The position numbers and the translations under genes were made by a program. Below are positions 1 to 11,484 of a stretch of DNA of 49,633 nt, one piece after another. The stretch covers positions 1,550,650 through 1,600,282 of the forward strand of contig BFEA01000025.1 in NCBI GenBank assembly GCA_003427395.1, in the 5' to 3' direction. The stretch's first letter is position 1; each line of letters opens with the position of its first letter. The notes beneath the pieces were generated by a model that was not told the origin of the DNA, did no database searches, and saw only the letters and a program-made list of their open reading frames with translations. Source of the DNA: Chara braunii. Its lineage: Eukaryota; Plantae; Charophyceae.

Positions 1-7
1 CCCCCCC

Positions 8-62
<55 letters not shown>

Positions 63-64
63 TC
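1..64. repeat. poly-C run followed by (CT)n microsatellite
   Basis: Directly visible. Confidence 0.95.
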
Positions 65-951
65 TTCGTCGTTGTCCTCTGTGCAGGTTCGCGTCACCTT
101 CCTCCGCAGCCCAGCTATGGTGGACTTCTTCTTCAAGGGTGACTCACTTCAGCTATGGCACCCACGTATCTCCCTCCTGCTACAACGACGATGCGCATGG
201 AGTAGCGGGTACCAACTCCGATACCAGTGCAATCAGACTCGCATACTTCGTCACGTCACATGCATACAAACAGATGGTGAATCACACTGGCGCCTAGCGC
301 CCAACTCAATGCTCGAGGATATGGGAACCAAGACACAGTTCAGATGCAAGCTCGCTTAAATAGGCTATGGTGCATCAGAACCCACTCATCGCAACTATCG
401 TCACTGTGTCCAACACCACTGTTCACTTCACACATCAACTCCGGATCACCCTGGATACCCCACGCACATACTCTGCATACACACGAATGCACACCTATTA
501 CTAACTATGGCAGCTATAGCCGCCAGCTAACTCTACTCTACAAGCAGCTATGGTTGCGCTAACTCCCTCTAGCCCACTTCGACTTCAGGCTCCTCTGCAG
601 ACCACCTCGCACAAGTCACCATGGCAGCGCGTCCGCATGGCTTCCGCAGGAATGAATGAATGGTTGTGCGCTGCCTCTTGATTTATACTTCTCTAACTCG
701 TTGGTCTGCCCCTTTCCATCATCCCATGGTACACACAGTCCCCTATGGTACTTGCTGGACTGGACTGGGACTGACTGGATTGTACTGTTGACTGCATGGG
801 GACGCACTGCTAACCTACCGCTATCGTACTGCGAATGTACTGCAGTTGGTCCACCACTTGCCCACTTGCCCACTTGCCTCAGTCTAAAACGTGAGCAAGC
901 TGCGAAAGACCACTTCTGGACCTTCCGGAAGTCTGTGGACTTGGCCTTTCG

Positions 952-1017
952 GGATTGTAGCAGCTACGACCTTGACCTTTCAGGATTGTAGCAGCTATGA
1001 CTTTGACCCTTCAGGAC
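952..1017. repeat. two-copy 31-bp tandem repeat
   Basis: GGATTGTAGCAGCTAYGACYTTGACC starts at 952 and again at 983. Confidence 0.85.
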
Positions 1018-1960
1018 ATCTAGAGCTACGACTTCTGGAACTCTCTAAGACCTCTACTCGACAGGTCTACAAATCGAATCCCTATGTCCACACAGTCCTA
1101 CGACAGACAAACAACAACTCACGAAACACAGGTCACGGGCTCAAATACTCAAGGGTCAACTCGGTACTGTACATGGGTAAGGTAAGGTCTGGGGATCGAA
1201 CCCTGGGATGTGCATCTGCCTCTGCAAAAGTGAAAACCATTTCACAATTCGGTATTCTATTTTATTTCGGCATTCTGTTTTAAATCGGTATTCTATGTTA
1301 TTTCGGTATTGGAATTAGGGTTGCGATAAAATTTCGGTTTTCGTTCAATTTGGGGAAATTCACATGTTTTTGGAACCGTAAAACCATAAATTCCGTGAAA
1401 TCATGGAAAATTAGGGTTGAAATCTGAATTTTTTGCGAAATTTTTTCTTTTCCCTAATTGATAATTTTCGAATACGGACTCCGGCCTTTTGAAAATCGGA
1501 CTTTGTTAGGTTGAAATTCCTGAAATTTCACGTTTTTCGAAAATTCGAGTGTTTTTCTTCTCCTGACTATCCGAATTTTTTTTTTTTTCATTTGGCAATA
1601 TTGTTCGGAATCGTTACGTCACAACTGCAACTTCCGGGGAATTCACTAACAACGGTGAACTCCCGAGCCATAGGTGATCTCAATGGACACCTAATCCACC
1701 GACAATTTGACAATTCGTTATTGACAATTATTAAATGTTTTTTATTAATGATTAATTATTAATTATTTTTGTAATTAAAATGTTTAAAGGGGGAAAAGTC
1801 ATTTTTTTTCTCTTTTGATTAGGGGTCCAGTGCATATTGGGACAGGGGACTGTATGTGAATTGCTTGATCTGTTCTACCCCTGTTCCTAGCCTCCCTGCC
1901 CTTCCCGTATCTGTGACCACCGGGACTTCTCAAGTACCACATCAGCTCGCGCTGATGTTG

Positions 1961-3751
1961 ATGGAACAGGACACCGGGGCACTACCACGACGCAGTGCCA
2001 GGCTCGCAGTTCGTAGCCACTCTGTGGTACCTCCACGAACCAAGTATCAGCAACAGCGACTCAGCAGGCGAACGACTCCAGCGACATCGAGTAAAGCAAC
2101 TGCAGTACTGGTTACCACCGGGGCTCTTCCCGCATGTCTGGTCCAAAGGGACCACGAGCCGTTGCTAGATTACCTTCAGCGGGTGCAGGCATTTACGGAT
2201 GTCGTTGCTACCGCTAAAGCACAGCAGGAGGCAGCAGAGGCGGAACGTAAGCGGCTGGCCAATGAGGCGGCAGCCCAAGCTCAGCGGACTGTTGAGGCTG
2301 ATGCAATGGCTCGAGACAGACGGAATGCCGCCAGCGTTGAGTCCCTGATTCAAAATGAGAATCAGTGGACAATGCTACTCCAAGACATGATCTTTGTGCC
2401 TACGGACGCGTAGGCGGATCCGACACCGGCGGAGACAGAAAGGAGTAACCTGGCTAACCTGATGTTGGGCATGATGAGAGCGGTAATGTGGAATAACACA
2501 ATCCTGCAGGTACACCTGCTCGCAGAACGACAGCTCAAACAGAAGCAGCAACAAGATACTGCCGCCTTAACAGCTGCCATCTGCGTCGCAGCAACACAGC
2601 AGCAGCACCAGCACCAGCACCAGCTGTTGAACTCCACTCTCACACGCGTCAACAACATCGAGGCTCAGGCCTCAGCAGCGCCAGGTTGCATGACAGACAC
2701 GGCGAAGCAGCTCGGGGAGCGCATCGACCATGTCGTCAATGTGATCGGTGAACTGGGTGACTTCACTAATCCAGCCACAATCAGCAGCATGGTGGCCGCT
2801 AAGACGGACATCACCAAGCTGCAGTCACGACCGGACACCGCTACAAAGGCATACAAGATTCCGCGCTTCAACATCGGCAAGTTTGACGACTACAACAAGA
2901 CGGACGCTTTGACATGGTGGCAAGGCTTCCTCACCGAAGCATCCTGCCACTCTGTACCGTCCGAAGATATGATGAAAGCGCTCTACCTCCAACTCACTGG
3001 AGGAGCACAGGCATGGATGAACCATACCGCGGCCAATCTGAAATGCACCATCGCCCAACTGCACACGCACATTCCGTGGAAGCAGTTCGAGCAAATGTGG
3101 TCCACTCGATTCATGGCCCGCAATGTTGTAAAGGCGACCATGAATGGCGTCTACTCCAGCTCACAAGGGAACATGCCAACTCGAGACTGGACGATCAAGT
3201 GGCAGAAGATAGTAACCACTCCAGGCTTCAACTTGAGTTTCCCAAACCAACGATCTGAGTTCTTTTCGTGATCGTGCGTAGGACTGCGGACGACACTCGG
3301 CAACGAGTACGACTATGCCTCATTCCAGGCCATTCTGAATCGTGCGAACCTGGTCATCCAAACGGATGACAAGGCCGCTAACGAACGGCAGTCCCAGCCT
3401 CACTATGTGGCTAAGCAAGGCTACCAATGACCGGCACATAACAATGTCGTGATTCCTGATGAATCAATCGATCTCCACGCTGCAGCAGCATCCTCGAGTG
3501 ATGGAGGAGTTGTTGCAGCGCTCCCGCCAAAGCGTCCCAAGAGAGTTCGGAAGAACAAGGCGACACAAACGACGACATCAACGGGAACTGGGCAGCAACT
3601 ATGGACGACATACAACATTACCAAGGAAGTATTTGACCTTCGTCAACGGTACGAATATTGCCTATGGTGCAAAAGTGTAAACCACACTACGACACAATGC
3701 TCGGAAAAGAGCAAGGCACGCGTACCCTGTCCAGCTAACTCGGGAAACTGA
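1961..3751 (+). pseudogene. gag: gag with CCHC zinc knuckle, interrupted by in-frame stops
   Basis: ORFs 1856-2413, 2462-3271 and 3449-3751 are in one frame. Gag-like core (KFDDYNKTDALTWW...LTGGAQAWM) and CX2CX4HX4C motif CLWCKSVNHTTTQC. Confidence 0.88.
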
Positions 3752-3781
3752 GTTACGCACGGAGAGGGGCGACTCCTCTCC
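3742..3781 (+). promoter_or_regulatory. candidate -1 ribosomal frameshift signal at the gag/pol junction
   Basis: G GGA AAC heptamer (3742-3748) directly before the gag TGA; -1 frame is open downstream; stem-loop GGAGAGGGG-CGA-CTCCTCTCC at 3761-3781. Confidence 0.65.
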
Positions 3782-6700
3782 TCACTCCGCCGGAACCGGT
3801 TGCCTTGCTAGTAACCGATATCACTACCGGGGAGCATGCGTTGTCGCTGATTCTCGTGCTATGTACGAGGATTATGCCACCCAGCTGGTGCCACCATTAG
3901 ACCAGCCTAGCCACGTGCACTTAGATAGCTTATGCGCAGCCTATACACCGTTGGCAAGTGAACCAGTCAGTTCGCCACTGATTTTTGAGGACTCGACGAC
4001 GTGGTCAAGACTTGAGGAGCTTGACCCGCTCACGAGAGAGGACTTCGCTTGGATGCCTCTACCCTCAACCGGAACCTTGCCAAGGACGCATTGTAACACC
4101 TTGATGGCAAATCTACGCTCCTATTTGCACGCTGCAATACCAGCTCCCCTGACGGACGACGGAGTAGCGGTTGTCGATCTCCGCTCCTATCTCGCGAAGA
4201 TTGACCGCGAGTATGCCACCCAAAGGTACACCGAAACCGATGCGCCTTTGCTCTATATCAGTATTCAAATTGGAAAGGCAACTTGCAGTGCCTTGATTGA
4301 TTGCGGAGCATCTCACAATTTCATGAGGCAAGCCTTTATGGCCCGCGCGTTCGAAGGAAGACGCAACCTACACAAGTTACACTCGCGGACAGCCGCACAC
4401 AAAAGTCGATTGACCAATGCGTTGACGACGTCTCGGTATACTTTGCGCCCCTTGCGTGCGAGCCGGTGTCTTTCCACATCCTCGACACCAAGTTTGACAT
4501 GATTCTAGGCATGTCTTGGTTGCGTAGCGCCGATCATCTGGCGAACTTCCATGACCGAACCGTTTACATCCGTGATCGGAACCGAGTGTTAGTACCATGT
4601 ACGGTTGCGACCCCTCACACTTCGATTTCTTGTCACGTGGTTTCCGATGCGAGGATTCGTGATGCCATAGCTCGGAATGACGTCAAGGAGATGGGCCTTG
4701 TTTTCTTACATGCCCTCCCCTCGTCGGACGGACCACCCGTGTCGCTGCCGGACCCACGTATTACCCACCTCTTAGACGGATATGGAGACGTCTTCGAGGA
4801 TCCCACCGAAACAGTTCCGGATCGGCCCATACGACACGGGATTACGCTCGAGGCGGACGCCGTCCCTCCGCGTGGATGCATTTACCGCATGAGCGAAGAG
4901 GAACTCGAGGTGCTTCATGCACAACTCGATGACCTTCTCGACAAGGGCTGGATTCGCCTTAGTTGTTCGTCATACGGTGCACCAGTTCTCTTCGTCCAGA
5001 AGAAGAACAAGGACCTATGCCTGTGCATTGACTATCGACAACTTAACGCACAAACCGTTAAGAACGCCAGCCCTCTCCCTCGGATTGATGATCTCCTCGA
5101 GCGGTTGGGCGGTGTGACGTACTTCTTGAAGTTGGACTTGAAGTCGGGTTACCACCCGATTGAAATCCAGCCTCAAGATCGGTACAAGACCGATCTTCAA
5201 AAGGCAGTATGGGCGTTTTGAGTGGGTCTTGATGCCATTTGGACTCACCAATGCCCCGACAACTTTCCAAGCAGCCATGACAACGGAGTTCCGAGACTTG
5301 CTCGATCGTACCATCCTCATCTATCTCGACGATATCTTGGTCTATAGTAGGACGCTCGACGAGCACCTCGTACACCTTCGTGTGGTGTTGGATCGTTTGC
5401 GAGCATCCAAATACAAAGCAAACCTGTCAAGAGCGAATTCGCCAAGCAAGAGCTTGAGTACTTAGGCCATTATGTGACCCCGAAAGGCATTCGTCCCTTA
5501 GCGGACAAGATCCAAGCCATCGTGGATTCGTCGGAACCCCGTTGCATGACGGACGTACGCTCTTTCATGGGGTTGGCTGGATACTATCAGCGTTTTGCCG
5601 AGTCCTACTCCAAACTGGCAGCTCCTTTGTCGAGACTTAAGTCCCCGAAGGTACCATTCGAGTTCGACGACGCAGCTCGTGGCGCGTTCAATACGTTGAA
5701 GGCGGCGATGCAAGACGCACCGGCCCTTCGTATCTATGATCCCACCCTACCCACCCAAGTGACTACGGATGCTTCCGGGTACGGTCTTGGTACGGTATTG
5801 GAACAATGCCACATGGATGGTTGGCACCCGGTCGAGTACTTCTCCCAAAAAGTGTCTCCCATCAACACTCTCGACGACGCTAGGAAGAAAGAGCTACTCG
5901 CGTTCGTCACCGTTCTCAAACGGTAGCGCCACTTTCTTATCGGTCGTCGGCGTTTTAGATGGAACACGGACAACAATCCGTTGACCTTCTACAAAACGTA
6001 GGACAGGGTCACTAGCACGATCCGTCGATGAATGTATTACATCGACCAGTTCGATTTTGAGCCGTGCCACATTCCCGGTCCCGCCAATCGAGCAGCGGAC
6101 GCCCTCTCTTGATGGCCCGACCTTTGTGCCCTCGTGACGACGATGTTCCAACTAGACAACGATCTGCAGCAACATTTCGTNAAAGGCTACAAGTCCGATC
6201 CGGCGAACTCTACGCTTTATCCGGACCTATCATCGGATCACACGCCGGCTGGTCATTATCGTATCTCCGACGGGTTCCTACTTCTTCACACGAGAGGAAA
6301 GGACTTGTTAGTGATGCCCTTAGATCGCATCTTACAGACTCGTCTTCTCGGCGAATTCCATGATGCACGACTTTCGGCACACCTTGGTGTGACCCGCACA
6401 TTGGCCCGCCTCCGCCAACGTTTTCACTGGCCTGACGTTCTTCACGACGTCACGAGGTATATTGAGTCATGAGCAGTTTGCCATCGTAACAAAGGTAGAT
6501 CTCAGGTCCCTTATGGCCAACTGAAACCGATGCCGATTCCTCGGGCACCTCGCCTATCTGTTGCTATGGATGTTACAGGCCCGTTCCCCCGCGATGGCCT
6601 CAGTCATGACGGCATTCTCACGGTCGTTGACCGTTTGAGCAAATACGCTCGTTTTCTTCCATGCAAGTATCGTGCCACAGCCCCCGAGCTCGCTCGACTC

Positions 6701-7700
6701 TTGCACGCTGGCTGGATTACCGCCCATGGTGTTCCGAAGATATTGTGAGCGACTGAGATACTCGCTTCATGTCTTCCTTTTGGACTTCCCTCATGCCGGA
6801 GTCCGGTTCGACTATGAAGCCGAGTTCCGCACGGCACCCGCAGATGGATGGAAAGTCGAAACGAGCGCATCAAACCGCTCAAATGATGTTGCGTACACTC
6901 ATCCGTCCCGACCAGAAAGATTGGGTTGACCGGCTTCCCGATATCGAGTTCGCCTATAACACTTCGGTGCATCTGGCGATCTGCCTCACTCCATTTGAGT
7001 TACATCACGGTGGAGAGAAGGCCCGAGTCTTCGTCGATCTTCTTTTACCACGGGCCGCCGACATAGACGTCGCTTACTCTCCCGCTTCCGTCCGGAAGTA
7101 CGGGACTTGCTGATCAAAGCCCGCGCGAACATGCAAAAGGCTCAAATCCGCATGCAGCAGCAAGCCAACCGACGTTAACTCCCATGTCCTTTCCGCGAAG
7201 GAGACCTTGTTGGGTCCTCGCTGAGGAATTCGCGCTCGAGCAGGACGTCTCGCGCAAACTCCTCCCAAAATGGTTTGGATCATGGAAGGTAGTTTTTGCA
7301 GCAGGCGACGACCCTGCAAATCCTTCCTTTGTGATTGCCATCCCACCGGACCTCCGTGTGCAACCGGTCTTCCATGCGTCGAAGCTGGCCATCTACACGC
7401 CACCATCCGCAGACGAGTTCCCGGGCAGACGATCACAGGATCCGCCCTCTATGGACGGCCATCAGGAAGTTGACCGTGTCATCAAGCACCGCAAGTTTGG
7501 CAACAAGCCAATGCAATACCAAGTCACTTTCAAGCAATGTGACCCGGATGACACCCGTTGAATCTCCCACGCAGACTTACAAGCATCTTCACCTCTCATC
7601 TTCTCCGACTACGAGACCAGAAGACTTGCCAAGGACAAAGCTCGTCCCACCCGACCCACCCCGGTATCGGACATACATCTTCGCCCTCGCAGGTAGCTCG
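3742..7700 (+). pseudogene. pol: pol polyprotein (aspartic protease, RT, RNase H, integrase, chromodomain) with frameshifts and stops
   Basis: ALIDCGASHNF (PR); LCIDYRQLN, KLDLKSGYH, MPFGLTNAP, IYLDDILVY (RT); TDASGYGLG, KELLA (RH); FHD..SAHLG, AMDVTG, VVDRLSK, HPQMDG (INT); PKWFGSWKV..VFHASKL (GPY/F); EVDRVIKHR..YQVTFK (chromodomain-like). Confidence 0.95.
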
Positions 7701-7707
7701 GTCTTTT

Positions 7708-7718
7708 AAGGGGGGGAG
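7708..7718 (+). promoter_or_regulatory. polypurine tract
   Basis: AAGGGGGGGAG immediately after pol and before TGTGTTAC. Confidence 0.85.
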
Positions 7719-7720
7719 TG

Positions 7721-8992
7721 TGTTACACACTGTGTCACACGGGCCCGGTTAGGCCCGACAAATAGGGGTTCGGAGGCCGGTCCAGGCCCAAGGCCGGACC
7801 TTTAGACCAGAGGCGCCACTGTAGGCCCACCGGTTGGCCTTTAGGCCACAATTAGGACCAGACCAGACGGGCTGGCCCAAACGACATTACCGTTGGGCCA
7901 GACGGCGCTCTTGAGGATGACGCCCGTCGGTCTGATCTGAATCGTCACTTTTGACGATTCAGATCACGGCTCGGCCTCACAGCATAGAGGCCGACCTTTC
8001 CACACCGGTACTTAGGTACCAGGAGGCCGCCTATTCGGGCATTCAGGAGCAGCAACATTTCAGAGGAGCGCTGCGCTACAGCAGCAGCGGGAGGTTAGAC
8101 CTGGACTGCAGTCAGGGATAGAGAACGAGCGAGGTACTTACCTGGTACTTACCTGTGGCGCCATCGCTTCAAGGCACTTCGACTTCAGAAGACTTCTATT
8201 CAATGCGCCACCTTGCATCCTGCAGGTAAGGCTTCGGGTCAGGACAGGGTAGTGAGGACTCTCCTCCTCCCTACCTCACCATCTATCCCTCCTCCTCTGC
8301 TATCTCCTCTTCTTCTTCTTCTTCTTCTTCTTTTTCTTCTTTTTCTTCTTCTTCTTCTTCTTCTTCTTCTTCTTCTTCTTCTTTTTCTTCTTCTTCAGAC
8401 TTATTTTTCATCTTCTTCTTATTCAGATTGGAGACTTTGATACGAGTTGAACAAAGATCAGTGTTGGACTTTGGCGGTAAGAGGTTGTGGTACTTACCGG
8501 ATTCGAGACTTGGAGATTGTTGGGATTGATACCCGGCCGCATCACAAATTGGACACCGGTTACATTAGGACTTTGTACCTCCGACATTGGTGACTTATTG
8601 TCCAGGACGCTTTGATCTTGTTCGATGATATTTTGGACTACCATATCAGTGACCTACTGGATTCTATCTCGGTGACATCTGGCACTGCCTACATCTCCCA
8701 CCTCCTTTGTCTCTCCTCCCACCTTTCATATGTGCATGGTTGTACGGGGCCTGAGCATTGTCTATGATTGGCTCAGACCCCACCATCTCACGATTGTTTG
8801 TGTGTTGAGTGGTATCGGTATGAGTTCAGTCTATGTGAGTCAGTCCATTTATCAGACTTCCGCTGCATACATGATCATCCTATATTGGTTGATCTTTGGT
8901 TCTGCCCATACTTGTTGAAGTATTCACGAGTATGCAACAGTAACCTTAACATTACCGACTCCTTCTCCGGGCTTCCCCTCGCCTCCACGTCA
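7721..8992 (+). repeat. 3' LTR of the chromovirus-type element
   Basis: Starts with TG after the PPT (7719 or 7721). End placed at CCACGTCA by similarity to CCACATCA at 1944; GTAACA at 9012 is an alternative end. Confidence 0.65.
8308..8397. repeat. (CTT)n microsatellite inside the LTR
   Basis: Directly visible. Confidence 0.95.
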
Positions 8993-9059
8993 TGAATCAA
9001 TATCCAGTAACAAGTCTGACAAGTCGTGATCACATAGAAGTGCCATGTGTGTGTGTGTC

Positions 9060-9097
9060 CTGTCTCTTATACACATCTAGATGTGTATAAGAGACAG
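9060..9097. other. Nextera mate-pair junction adapter (two back-to-back Tn5 mosaic ends); assembly artefact
   Basis: Exact CTGTCTCTTATACACATCT + AGATGTGTATAAGAGACAG. Confidence 0.98.
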
Positions 9098-9181
9098 ACG
9101 TACAGGTTCCTGTACAGATCCCGTACAAAAATAACCTGTACGTTTTGTACGGGAAGCCCCCGTACGTGTACTCTATGCAAC

Positions 9182-9330
9182 GTAGCTATGGGGTCTTCCA
9201 ACTTTTGGACTCTTAACCCTAGCCTCAACTTCTTCAGCGCTCTACGGCTAATATAACTACGGGTAGCCCCTGAATCTATAAGGGCTCCTACTCTACTTCT
9301 GAAAACTTCTACATCTACTAACACTAGATG
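9182..9330 (-). pseudogene. retrotransposon aspartic protease fragment
   Basis: ALIDSGATRSYISRR active-site motif; truncated. Confidence 0.85.
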
Positions 9331-11137
9331 TCCTTTACTCTTGGGCCTTCACTTCAGAGTCCAGCTGTGTCGCCAGTTCTTGTGCAAAGTAGTCCCAATC
9401 GGACTGAAAGCACGATAATGTCTTGACTTCTGCCAATAGGAATTGTTCTTCCTGGATCTGTGCCAAGCGTTCTACATTCTTTGTCATAATTTCCATCTTC
9501 CCCTATAAATCTACCTGAACCGCCATCTGATCTCTCTGCTTCTTTATCTCCTCCAATTCTCTCACCGCTTGGCTCGCCGCCTCCATCCTTCTTTTCCTTT
9601 CCCTTGTCAAACAAAACTTTCATTCCATCCTTTTCCCATCTTCGAACACCTGCCGCTTGAGTGGATCTTCTTCAGCATCCGCGGCCGCCTCTTGTTCCTC
9701 CCTGGGAACATACATTAGGGCCTCCTCATCTTCCCCCAGGGATAGTCCCGCAACCCACTCTGTAATCTTCTTCTCCATCAAGTCCTCTTTCGTGCCACTG
9801 GATTCTCCTCTTCCTTTTGCCCTTCGTCTTTCCAGTGGGGTTTCTTCCTCCTCCTCCTCCTCTTCTACCGCCTTGAGCTTCTCTTCCTCTTCTTTCTTTA
9901 ACCTTTCTCTTTCTCTGGTCATCTCCTCCGAGTCCTCAATCTTCTTTAACTTCGCCGCCTGCGCTTCTATCAAGGCCTTTTCTTGGACTCCTTCTTCTCT
10001 CTTCTCTCTTTCAGGATGGCGACGGCTTTCGCCCCCTCTTCGACTGTGTAAGGTGCTATTTCTGGTACGCGTGTCAACCATGGTGATAGATGCACAACCA
10101 AGTGACGGTTCGACTCCTCACCACTTAGACGTCCCCCTTACTTAACTTAAGACTGACTAACTCTCTATGGACTACAAAATCTTACCCTTCGTTCCATCCA
10201 GATTACCACGGCCGACGGAAGCTTTCGCAACCACGGTCCTTGCAATCCATGCCCAGCACCTGCGGTCAAACCCACCTGGCTTTCACTCCGGTTCAGACCC
10301 TGTCAACTAGGGGCACTAACCTATACTCTAATACTACAGCCGTCACTAAAGAACTTGTTGCTGATCAGGAGGCATTTAAGGAGATCCCCCGTAACTCTTC
10401 AAGAATTCTTTAACGTCGCAGACAGGACGACGCGATCAGCAGGTTCTCTCAAAACGTAGACGGCCCGTTGTGCAGCCCACAACTCAGATTTTGGGCCTAC
10501 CGTGCCACACCGAGCAGCCCGCCGGTCAGTACCGGTCCTTGGGAGGGTTAGGCCTCCAAGACAGTCGAGTCGTTAGACACGGTCTTTAGCCCTACTCTGC
10601 CGGCAGGGGTTTGGTCAACAAAGCCCTATCCTTCATACACGGAGTCCTATCACCTGGACATAAGAGACTCAATGCAAAAAGGAGAAACAGACAAACTCAG
10701 ACTCAACAAGTACCATAGGGTGAGTGCACATCCATAGGGCAAGGGGGCTCGGTGAGATTATACCAACTCCAGCTTGGTCAAAATCGTGGTCAGCAGTTCC
10801 GGTCAACGCCTTGGTCAACGTGGTCAAACCCCGGTCAACGCTCCGGTCAACCCTCTGGCCGGCTATGGCTGCTGGCACCTTCTTCCTCGCCAATCTCCCT
10901 TCTCTTTCTCCTCCTTCACCCTTCTTCTTTCTCGCTGTTTCTCTTTTTTTTTTTTTTTTTTTTACACCCCCCGGCTATGTCTATCTTCACCTTCGTTTTC
11001 CCTTCTTCCTCCTTTTTGCTTCTCTTCCCTGTCTCCTCCTTGTTCCAAGCCCTGCGGCTACGGCCGCTATTTCTTCTTGGACCGCACAACCAATCTTCAG
11101 CGTTGTAGGTACGTGGTAACCCAATCTTGTATCGCTC
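9182..11137 (-). mobile_element. fragment of a second Ty3/gypsy element: leader/LTR-like sequence, charged coiled-coil ORF, protease fragment
   Basis: E/K/R-rich ORF 9620-10081 continuing by frameshift towards 9354; retroviral-type protease motif VGALIDSGATRSYIS at about 9250-9295. Ends at the N gap 11138-11157. Confidence 0.75.
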
Positions 11138-11484
11138 NNNNNNNNNNNNNNNNNNNNGTGCCGGGGGGAGGGGAGGGAGGACCCCTCCCCCACCAATCAA
11201 TCAATCAATGAATCAATCAAGAAAACAATCAATCAAAATCAATATTTATTTTTTTTCTATGTTTTAAAATTCTTTTGTCACACACCAAACACCCCCCTCC
11301 AAATTTCACTTTCTTTTTTTTTATGGCTTTCGGAGGGGACCGCCATGCGCAGGCAATGTGCACGCCCCGTTTTCGAGCGCGCGGCTCCACCTGCGTGTGG
11401 CGCAACCGCAAAGTTTCTAGGCCGCGCGGCCAGCCTCCTTGGCCGCGGACGAGGCCGCAGGATCCGCAGTCGTCAAGGTCATGT

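Larger units (their letters stand above)
1850..8992 (+). mobile_element. degenerate Ty3/gypsy LTR retrotransposon (chromovirus type)
   Basis: Order gag-PR-RT-RNaseH-INT-chromodomain, then PPT and 3' LTR. Only about 95 bp of a diverged 5' LTR end is recognisable (1850-1944, weakly similar to 8880-8992). Confidence 0.92.

Noticed and set aside
1186-1207. tRNA gene or SINE (GGGTTCGATCCCC B-box-like motif on -)
   Set aside because: Only a T-arm-like 13-mer; I could not build an A-box or cloverleaf.
8213-8440. Poly-Leu, poly-SL and poly-RE ORFs here and at about 38574-39215 and 44616-45140
   Set aside because: Translations of (CTT)n and (CT/GA)n microsatellites.
9060-9097. Natural Tn5/IS50 ends or horizontal transfer
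   Set aside because: It is the synthetic mosaic-end pair in the exact mate-pair junction arrangement; no transposase nearby.
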